18,125 nt of DNA from Abditibacteriaceae bacterium (lineage in GTDB: Bacteria; Armatimonadota; Abditibacteriia; Abditibacteriales; Abditibacteriaceae). Location of the stretch: assembly GCA_031425655.1 (NCBI GenBank), contig JANPJS010000007.1, positions 1 through 18,125 of the forward strand, in the 5' to 3' direction. The translations under genes and the position numbers were made by a program. The notes beneath the pieces were generated by a model. It did not search any database and was not told the DNA's origin. It worked only from the letters and a program-made list of their open reading frames with translations. How positions within the stretch are numbered: position 1 is the first letter of the stretch; every line of letters starts with the position of its first letter. Of this stretch, positions 7,887 through 14,686 are shown piece by piece.

Positions 7887-7895
7887 AGTATAGCA
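7887..7895 (-). promoter_or_regulatory. Putative extended -10 promoter TGCTATACT for the hypothetical-sucC-...-sucD unit
   Basis: The minus strand reads TG-C-TATACT, ending 22 nt upstream of ATG 7864, in the gap after the dnaJ stop. Confidence 0.55.
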
Positions 7896-7935
7896 ATCCG
7901 CGTCGCGCCGTTCGTTTCGTCGGTGTTAAGCGTTT

Positions 7936-9087
7936 TCAATCGCCTAAAATGGCATCTTTCAGGCGATGCAGCAAGCCGCGCGGATGCTCGGCGACTTGCT
8001 CATCCGAAGTGCTGGCGAATTCGCGCAAAAGCTCTTTCTGGCGCTCGGTCAAGCGTTTGGGAACGATGATGCGCGCCACGCAAATCTGGTCGCCGCGTGC
8101 GCCATAGGAATTAGGAAAGCCTTTATCAGCGATGCGAAACACGTCGCCGGTTTGCGTCGCGGCGGAAACCGTGAGAGTGGTTTTGATCGGCTCGCCGTCA
8201 GTTCCAATTTCCAAAGTCGGCACTTCTACGGTATCGCCCAGCGCCGCTTGGGGAAACGTCAGCGGCAACACGCACGCCACATCGTTGCCGTGACGCTCGA
8301 ACAAATCATGCTCTTGCAGATAAATAAAGCCGTATAAATCGCCGGGCGGGATGCCGTTTTGGCCTTCTTCTCCGGCGCCGGGCACGCGAATCTGCGTGCC
8401 TTCATCTACACCGGCGGGAATCCGCACCGTGACTTCGCGTTTGCCGCGCACGCGGCCTTCGCCGTGACAATCGGCGCACGGATTCGGCACGATTTGCCCG
8501 GTGCCGTTGCAGCGAGTGCAGGGCGTTTCCTGCACAAATTGGCCGAAAAACGTGGTTTTCACGCTGCGCGTGCGCCCGCTGCCGGCGCATTGCACGCACT
8601 TTTCAACCGACGTGCCGGGCGCCGCCCCGCTGCCGCTGCACGTCTTGCAGCCGAGCATGGTGGCGATGTCAAGCGTGCGTGTGGCGCCGGCCCACGCTTC
8701 TTCGAGCGTGAGTTGCAAATTGGCGCGCAGATGGTTGCCCTGACGCGCCGCCTCGCGGCGCTGCCCGCCAAACGGCGAGCCGCCGCCACCTCCGAAAAAC
8801 ACGTCAAAAATGTCGTTCAGATTGACGTTGTTCATGTCCGGGCCGCCCGCGCCGCCTAATCCAGCTTCGCCGTATTGATCGTAACGCGCGCGTTTTTCGG
8901 GGTCGGAAAGAACTGTATAAGCCGCGCCGATTTCTTTGAATTTCGCTTCGGCGGCCTCGCGGCGTTCGGGGTTTACGTCCGGGTGATGCTCGCGCGCTAA
9001 AAGTCGGTAAGCGCGCTTGATGTCGTCGGCGCTGGCGTTGCGCTGCACGCCTAAAATCTCGTAATAATCTTTGGTCATCGTAGCCAT
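7936..9087 (-). CDS. dnaJ: Molecular chaperone DnaJ (class A)
   Basis: J-domain [14 protein letters not shown]-rich region; four CxxCxGxG repeats ([32 protein letters not shown]); C-terminal domain. Confidence 0.97.
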   Translation of the reverse strand: MATMTKDYYEILGVQRNASADDIKRAYRLLAREHHPDVNPERREAAEAKFKEIGAAYTVLSDPEKRARYDQYGEAGLGGAGGPDMNNVNLNDIFDVFFGGGGGSPFGGQRREAARQGNHLRANLQLTLEEAWAGATRTLDIATMLGCKTCSGSGAAPGTSVEKCVQCAGSGRTRSVKTTFFGQFVQETPCTRCNGTGQIVPNPCADCHGEGRVRGKREVTVRIPAGVDEGTQIRVPGAGEEGQNGIPPGDLYGFIYLQEHDLFERHGNDVACVLPLTFPQAALGDTVEVPTLEIGTDGEPIKTTLTVSAATQTGDVFRIADKGFPNSYGARGDQICVARIIVPKRLTERQKELLREFASTSDEQVAEHPRGLLHRLKDAILGD

Positions 9088-9097
9088 AAATCAACTT

Positions 9098-9637
9098 TTA
9101 ACGTGCGACTTTAACGCTGCTGGCGCGCAGCACCTGTCCTTTATAGGTGTAACCGCGCTGCGCTTCTTCGACGACAGTGCCGGGCGCGTGCTCGTCCGAT
9201 TCGACCTGATCAAGCGCCTCATGCTGCATCGGATCGAAGGGCTTGCCCTGCGCTTCAATCGGCGTCACGCCGTGGTTTTGCAAGGCGTTTTGGAACATTT
9301 GCAAAATGAATTCGATGCCGATGCGCAGTGAACTCATATCCGTCGCACTTTTCGAGGCATCCACGGCGCGCTGGAAATTATCGAGAACCGGCAGCAGGTC
9401 TTCGACTACCGAACGCACCGCGCGGTCTTTGACTTCGCTTTCGCGCCGCGCCGTCTGGCGCTTGTAATTCTCGAAATCGGCAGCTAATTGCAACAGTGCC
9501 GCTTTGGTTTGCGCCAGTTCTTCCTGCATTTGCGCCCATTCGTCGGCGCCTTGCTCCGTCATTTCGTCTTCCGGCACGGCCTCCTCGACGACCTCATCGG
9601 CGATTTCTTCTTTATTTAAAATTGGAATGCGAACCAT
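9098..9637 (-). CDS. grpE: Nucleotide exchange factor GrpE
   Basis: ADFENYKRQ, LLPVLDNFQRA, FDPMQHEA, GYTYKGQVLRASSVKV; SD GAGGA. Confidence 0.96.
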   Translation of the reverse strand: MVRIPILNKEEIADEVVEEAVPEDEMTEQGADEWAQMQEELAQTKAALLQLAADFENYKRQTARRESEVKDRAVRSVVEDLLPVLDNFQRAVDASKSATDMSSLRIGIEFILQMFQNALQNHGVTPIEAQGKPFDPMQHEALDQVESDEHAPGTVVEEAQRGYTYKGQVLRASSVKVAR

Positions 9638-9660
9638 GATATTTTCCTCTCAGAATGCGG

Positions 9661-9807
9661 AATGGCACGCGGAGCCTGTGGCTTCGCGGACTTCGTGCGC
9701 GGATTTTCGCCGATTGAGTGATAGATTTCACACCATTCTCTCTATTTCTCGGCCGCGAAAATCCGCGCACGAAGTCCGTGTGACGAAGTCCCGCGTCCCA
9801 TTGAAAG
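9661..9807. repeat. Long inverted repeat between hrcA and grpE, related to the 6134-6282 element
   Basis: Perfect 24-bp core 9687-9710/9755-9778; outer stem 9661-9672/9791-9802 (1 mismatch); repeated TCCGYG units; ends in CCATTGAAAG (9798-9807). Confidence 0.85.
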
Positions 9808-9820
9808 TTCCGCGTTCAAT

Positions 9821-10888
9821 TTACAACGTTTCCAAGCAAAAGCGCAGGCGCGCGGCCAAAGCCGGCATCAGCGAAATTGCATCGGTGTAATTCATGCGCG
9901 TCGGGCCAAGCACGCCGACGGTGCCCAAAATCTCGCCGCCCGCGCCGTAAGCCACGCCCACGAGGGAAAACCGCTCGACGGCGGGATTGATCGAATGCGG
10001 CAATTCGTGGCCGATGACGACTGTGTGCGGCGTTGGCGAGTCGGAGGAAAACGAAGTGCGCAGCAAATCGCCGAGCATAATTTGGTCGTCGAAAAGCTGC
10101 ATCGCGGCCCTCGCGTGGCCGATTTCCGAAAATTCCGGCTCGTTGAGCAAGGTAATCAAGCCTTGCACCATGACTTTTTCATCGCCGACTTCAGCCACCG
10201 ATTGACGCACCATTTCCCACGCGCGGCGCGCCACACTGATCGCTTCGGCATCGTGCAAACCCGCCGAAACGTCTTCAAAATTCAGCGAGCGCACCGCGCC
10301 CAACGGCTTGCCACCAAGTTGCTCATTGAGGAAGTTCACGACCGTTCGCACACGATGCTCCGGCACGCCGCCCTCGACATCGAAAAGACGATGCTCAATG
10401 CGTCCGGCGCCGGTTACCAACACTAAAATCAGGCGGCAGGGCGGAATCGGATTGAGTTGCACATGACGCATCGTATCCTGCCGCGCGGCGGGCAGCGAAG
10501 CCACAGCGGGATAGCCGGTTAGCTTCGCCAAAGCCACCGTCGCATCGCGCAAGGCGTCTTCGAGCGAGCCGGGTGGCGCCGGCAGCCACGATTCCAGATG
10601 CTCCCGTTCGGCAGCGCGCAGAGGTCGCGGACGTAGCATTTCGTTGACGTAAACGCGGTAGCCGGCGTCGGTTGGCACACGCCCCGCCGAGGTGTGCGGA
10701 TGCTTCAGCAAACCCAAGTCTTCGAGTTCCGCCAGCTCGTTGCGAATCGTGGCCGACGACAATTGACCGCACAAGCCGACGACCTGCGGGTCGCCAACCA
10801 GCGCCGCCGAACCCACAGGTTCGGCGCTGGCCACATAACGCTCGATCACCGCCGCCAACAAGATTTTCTGTCGAGACTTTAGAATCAT
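9821..10888 (-). CDS. hrcA: Heat-inducible transcription repressor HrcA
   Basis: RQKILLAAVIERYV..EPVGS, SSATIRNELAELEDLGLL.HPHTSAGRVPTDAGYR.YV, GVLGPTRMNY. Confidence 0.97.
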   Translation of the reverse strand: MILKSRQKILLAAVIERYVASAEPVGSAALVGDPQVVGLCGQLSSATIRNELAELEDLGLLKHPHTSAGRVPTDAGYRVYVNEMLRPRPLRAAEREHLESWLPAPPGSLEDALRDATVALAKLTGYPAVASLPAARQDTMRHVQLNPIPPCRLILVLVTGAGRIEHRLFDVEGGVPEHRVRTVVNFLNEQLGGKPLGAVRSLNFEDVSAGLHDAEAISVARRAWEMVRQSVAEVGDEKVMVQGLITLLNEPEFSEIGHARAAMQLFDDQIMLGDLLRTSFSSDSPTPHTVVIGHELPHSINPAVERFSLVGVAYGAGGEILGTVGVLGPTRMNYTDAISLMPALAARLRFCLETL

Positions 10889-10968
10889 AGTTTTGAGTTT
10901 TGAGTTTTGAGTTTTGAGTTCAGAATTGACTGCATCAACTCAAAACTCACAATTCAAAACTCAAAACT
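10889..10968. repeat. Inverted (AGTTTTG)n heptamer arrays exactly filling the mnmA-hrcA gap
   Basis: Left arm 10889-10920 = (AGTTTTG)x4 AGTT; right arm 10937-10968 is the reverse complement with 2 mismatches; 16-nt loop. Confidence 0.93.
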
Positions 10969-12048
10969 TTATCGAATCGTTCCTGCGCCCAATACTTCGT
11001 CACCGTCGTAGAGCACGCACATTTGGCCGGGCGTCACGCCGTGCTGGGCTTCGTCGAAGCGAATTTCAAAATCGTCCTCACTGGCACTGACCAGCGTTCC
11101 GGGCCACGGGCGGGCATGAGCGCGCGTTTGGGCGAGGATTTTCATCTCGGCGGGCGGCGGCGCGAACGACCACTTCGTCTTTTCGGCGCCAAGTCCGTCG
11201 CACGCTAACTCTTCGCGCGGGCCGACGACGAGCGTGTTGCTTGGCGCGTCAATTTTGGTGACGAAAAGCGGATGCGCCGCCGCGATGCCCAGCCCTTTGC
11301 GCTGCCCGACGGTATAACGCGCCAAACCGTTATGATCGCCGATTTTGTGGCCGCTTTCGTCCAAAATCGGCCCGGCGAGGGCCATTTCCGGCGCGCGTTC
11401 GATGACAAAGCGCGCGTAATCGCCATCTTCGACGAAGCAAATTTCCTGACTATCGGGCTTGGCCGCAACGCAAAAACCAAGCTCGGCGGCACGTTGCCGC
11501 GTTTCGGTTTTTTCCATGTGCCCGATAGGCAATAATGTGCGCGATAATTCGCGCTGCGTCAGCATTCCCAGCACATAGCTTTGATCTTTGCGATGATCGG
11601 CGCCGCGCCGCAAAGCGAAACGTGATCCGCGCGCGTCGTCAATCTGCTCAATTTGCGCGTAATGGCCGGTTGCGATGAAGTCGCAATCCAATTCGTCGGC
11701 GCGGTCGAGAAACGACTTGAATTTGATGAATTCGTTGCACCGCGCGCACGGATTCGGCGTGCGGCCCCGCGCATATTCGGCCACGAAGTCGTCCACGACG
11801 GCCTGATGAAACTCTTCCTGCAAGTTCAACACATAATAAGGCACGCCAAGCTGATCGGAAACGCGCCGCGCATCCTCGGACGCGCCGACGGTGCAGCAGC
11901 CGCCGAAGCGATGCGCCGCGAAGGGGTCATCCTCGCCTTTCCACAGTTTCATGGTGACGCCGATGACTTCGTAACCTTGTTCCACCAAAAGCGCCGCTGC
12001 AACGCTGGAATCCACGCCGCCGCTCATCGCGCATAAAACTCGTTTCAT
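10969..12048 (-). CDS. mnmA: tRNA 2-thiouridine(34) synthase MnmA
   Basis: PP-loop AMSGGVDSSV, GRTPNPCARCN, ATGHYA, KDQSY, DSQEICF, YTVGQRKGLG, TPGQ. Confidence 0.98.
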   Translation of the reverse strand: MKRVLCAMSGGVDSSVAAALLVEQGYEVIGVTMKLWKGEDDPFAAHRFGGCCTVGASEDARRVSDQLGVPYYVLNLQEEFHQAVVDDFVAEYARGRTPNPCARCNEFIKFKSFLDRADELDCDFIATGHYAQIEQIDDARGSRFALRRGADHRKDQSYVLGMLTQRELSRTLLPIGHMEKTETRQRAAELGFCVAAKPDSQEICFVEDGDYARFVIERAPEMALAGPILDESGHKIGDHNGLARYTVGQRKGLGIAAAHPLFVTKIDAPSNTLVVGPREELACDGLGAEKTKWSFAPPPAEMKILAQTRAHARPWPGTLVSASEDDFEIRFDEAQHGVTPGQMCVLYDGDEVLGAGTIR

Positions 12049-12100
12049 TTTTTAGTCTCTCGCAAAGACGCAAAGTCGCAAAGAAGTCCAAGCCCTTTAT

Positions 12101-12302
12101 TAAGTAGCCGGACACAATTAAATGAGGATAACGCGGGTGTCATTCCGAGCGGAGCCGCCGGTCGTTTGACGGCGCAGTCGAGGAATCTTTTCCTCGTCGC
12201 ACGGCAAGATTCCTCGACCCTGCCCAGAGGGCGCCGGCTCGTCCCTCGCTCCGCTCGGAATGACACGGCTATTAATCTCAACTAATTCTGCCCGACTACT
12301 TA
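12101..12302. mobile_element. Putative MITE-like element with TAAGTAG termini (middle layer)
   Basis: Imperfect 31-bp terminal inverted repeats 12101-12131/12272-12302 (7 mismatches) beginning TAAGTAG; TA at both ends is compatible with a TA target site; no transposase. Confidence 0.5.
12137..12266. repeat. TGTC/CGTC-type REP dimer (inner layer), branched cruciform
   Basis: Perfect 19-bp arms GTGTCATTCCGAGCGGAGC 12137-12155/12248-12266; perfect 13-bp inner stem GTCGAGGAATCTT 12177-12189/12206-12218; short side hairpins between the stems. Confidence 0.85.
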
Positions 12303-13460
12303 CCTTTGCGCCTTTGCGTCTTTGCGAGAGACCAATTCCTCCAAAACTTCCAAAAACTCGTCTACTTCGTCCGCTGTGTTTTGCGGGCCGAAGGAAATGC
12401 GCAGCGAGGCTTTGGCTTCGTCAGCGCTGCGTCCCATCGCCGATAAAACGTGCGACGGCTCCAAAGCGCCGGACGCGCACGCCGAGCCTGTTCCTACCGC
12501 GATGCCGCGCAAATCGAGATTCAACGCCAGCGATTCGGCGCGCTGTCCGGGCAGCGATACATTGCTGATATGCGGCGCCCGCGCGGCACCTTCACCGTTA
12601 ATCCGGGCGCCGGAAAAAGCGCGCAAACCGCTTTCCAATCGTTCGCACAGCGCCGTCAAGTGCGCCGCGTTCGCTTCCAAATTCTCGCGCGCGATTTGCG
12701 CCGCCGCGCCGAAACCGACGATGCCCGGCACGTTTTCGGTTCCCGCACGGCGTCCTCGCTCCTGACCGCCGCCGCGAAAAATCGGTTTCATACGCTGTCC
12801 GCGCCGCATCCACAACGCGCCTACGCCTTTTGGCCCGCCGATTTTATGCGCCGAAAACGTCAGTAAATCAGCGGCCAACTCTTCGACATTGAGCGGAATT
12901 TTGCCCGCCGCCTGCACCGCATCGCTGTGTAATGCGATTTCACGTTCGCGCGTGATTTCGGCGATTTTCTCAAGCGGTTGGCGCACGCCGGTTTCGTTGT
13001 TGACCAGCATGACCGAAACGAGGCACGTTTCGGGACGCAGCAGGCGCTCAACGGTTTCGGCTTCGCACACGCCCTGCGCGTCAACCGGCGCGTGTTCGAT
13101 TTCAAAACCCAGTTCGGCCAGCGTTTCGGCGCCTTCGAGCACGGCATGATGCTCAATCGCCGAAATCAGGACGTGTTTTTTATCGCTTTGCCAGTGAGAT
13201 AACGCGATGCCGAGCAACGCCCAGTTGTCGCTTTCGGTGCCGCCCGACGTGAAAACGATTTCGTCGGGATACGCGCCGATCAGCGCCGCAACTTGCGCTC
13301 TGGCGCGGTCAACGGCCATGCGCGCTTTGCGGCTCACGGCATACGGGCTGCTGGCGTTGCCGAAAACCTCGCGGAGATACGGCTCCATTGCGCCGCGCGC
13401 CGCTTCGCTGAGCGGAGTCGTCGCTGCGTTGTCGAAATAGATGCGTGTGCTTTTTTCCAT
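12300..13460 (-). CDS. iscS: Cysteine desulfurase (IscS/NifS group I, YrvO-like partner of MnmA)
   Basis: IYFDNAATT, FTSGGTESDN, IEHHAV, PLP-lysine motif SAHKIGGPKG, RAGTENV, catalytic GSACAS. Start ATG 13460 (alternative TTG 13472). Confidence 0.93.
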   Translation of the reverse strand: MEKSTRIYFDNAATTPLSEAARGAMEPYLREVFGNASSPYAVSRKARMAVDRARAQVAALIGAYPDEIVFTSGGTESDNWALLGIALSHWQSDKKHVLISAIEHHAVLEGAETLAELGFEIEHAPVDAQGVCEAETVERLLRPETCLVSVMLVNNETGVRQPLEKIAEITREREIALHSDAVQAAGKIPLNVEELAADLLTFSAHKIGGPKGVGALWMRRGQRMKPIFRGGGQERGRRAGTENVPGIVGFGAAAQIARENLEANAAHLTALCERLESGLRAFSGARINGEGAARAPHISNVSLPGQRAESLALNLDLRGIAVGTGSACASGALEPSHVLSAMGRSADEAKASLRISFGPQNTADEVDEFLEVLEELVSRKDAKAQR

Positions 13461-13476
13461 CGGCAAGCCCAATGGA

Positions 13477-13485
13477 ATTTTAACA
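13477..13485 (-). promoter_or_regulatory. Putative extended -10 promoter TGTTAAAAT for iscS-mnmA-hrcA-grpE-dnaJ
   Basis: The minus strand reads TG-T-TAAAAT in the short AT-rich gap between the kinase stop (13496) and the iscS start. Confidence 0.5.
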
Positions 13486-13495
13486 AAGATAGGAA

Positions 13496-14686
13496 TTACG
13501 CCGATTCGGGAGACGCGGCGGCTGCGGGAATCGCGGTTTCGGGCCGTTGAACGGGAATCGCAAACGAAAAACTGCTGCCCTGACCCAACTCACTTTCGAT
13601 CCAGATGCGGCCACCGTGCGCCTCAACGACCATTTTGCAAAAGGTCAGACCCAACCCGGTTGACATCTTGCGTCCCGCGCGGCGGCTCTCGACCTGGCCG
13701 AACTTGGCGAAAATCCGGTCGAACGATTCTTCAGGGATGCCTTCGCCGGTGTCAATGACGCGAAACACAAAGGCATTGGTGCGGCCCGGACGCGTGACGT
13801 AATCGGTTTCGACGGTAATCGTGCCGTCCGGCGGCGTGAACTTGACGGCATTGCCCAACAAATTGACAAGGGCACGGCCGATTTTATCTTCGTCGGCAAC
13901 AATTGGATTCGAGGTCACGTTGTCTTCGCAGAGCAACTTCAGTTGTTTGTTGGCGGCCAACGATGACACTTGCTTTAACACCTGACGCACCAAATCCGAC
14001 GGCTTGAATTGGCTGTAATCGAGTTGGACAGTTCCACTTTCCATCTTGGAAATGTCCAACAAATCGTTGATCATGCCTAAGAGAACTTCGCCGCCCTCGA
14101 CCGACATATTCATGCATTCAAGCTGATCTTCATTGAGATCGCCCAGACATTCGACGGTCTGCAAGCCGGAAATCAACGAAGTTAAGGGTGTTCGCAGATC
14201 GTGGACGATCATGTGCGTGAGGCTGTCGCGCAGTTCTTCGAGTTCCTTCAACTGCTGATATTTTTCGGTGAGTTCGCGGTGCAGAGCGAACTCTTCTTCG
14301 TGCCAACGCTTCTTTTCGAGCGAGTTTTCGATGCGCGCCCGCAGCAGCGCGGGGTCGGCGGGTTTGTGCAGATAATCGGCGGCGCCCATTTCGATACAAG
14401 CCACCACGCCCGTCATTTCCCCGAAGCCCGACACCATAATTACCGGGATTTTCTTGAATTCATCGTGCTTCATAATGGTTTCCAGCACTTGAAAACCATC
14501 CATGTCCGGCATTTCGATGTCGCATAAAATGACATCGAAAGGCGCTTCGGCCAAGCGTTTGAGTCCCTGCGGGCCGCCCTCAACCGCTTCGACTGTGTGA
14601 CCGATTTGCGTCAGGCTGCGCGTGAGCAGCATCCGCTGCATCCGGTCGTCGTCAATGATTAAAATCCGTCCCGGCTCGATTTTCAT
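13496..14686 (-). CDS. Hybrid response regulator / histidine kinase (REC-HisKA-HATPase)
   Basis: [26 protein letters not shown]-box HDLRTPL; N-box [11 protein letters not shown]-boxes DTGEGI, TGLGL. ATGA overlap with the upstream gene. Confidence 0.93.
   Translation of the reverse strand: MKIEPGRILIIDDDRMQRMLLTRSLTQIGHTVEAVEGGPQGLKRLAEAPFDVILCDIEMPDMDGFQVLETIMKHDEFKKIPVIMVSGFGEMTGVVACIEMGAADYLHKPADPALLRARIENSLEKKRWHEEEFALHRELTEKYQQLKELEELRDSLTHMIVHDLRTPLTSLISGLQTVECLGDLNEDQLECMNMSVEGGEVLLGMINDLLDISKMESGTVQLDYSQFKPSDLVRQVLKQVSSLAANKQLKLLCEDNVTSNPIVADEDKIGRALVNLLGNAVKFTPPDGTITVETDYVTRPGRTNAFVFRVIDTGEGIPEESFDRIFAKFGQVESRRAGRKMSTGLGLTFCKMVVEAHGGRIWIESELGQGSSFSFAIPVQRPETAIPAAAASPESA

Larger units (their letters stand above)
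12055..12332. repeat. Outer inverted repeat of CGCAAAG[A/T/G] 8-mers (29-bp arms)
   Basis: Arms 12055-12083 and 12304-12332, 1 mismatch; the right arm lies inside the desulfurase CDS. Confidence 0.9.

Noticed and set aside
9698..9724. GAGTGATAG upstream of grpE as a CIRCE half-site
   Set aside because: No matching TTAGCACTC-like half 9 bp away.
6273..9807. ATTGAAAG motifs suggesting CRISPR repeats
   Set aside because: Only isolated copies 3.5 kb apart at palindrome ends; no regularly spaced direct repeats with unique spacers and no cas genes.
12045..12281. 78-aa ORF in the iscS-mnmA gap
   Set aside because: Coincides with the nested palindromes and shows no recognisable protein features.
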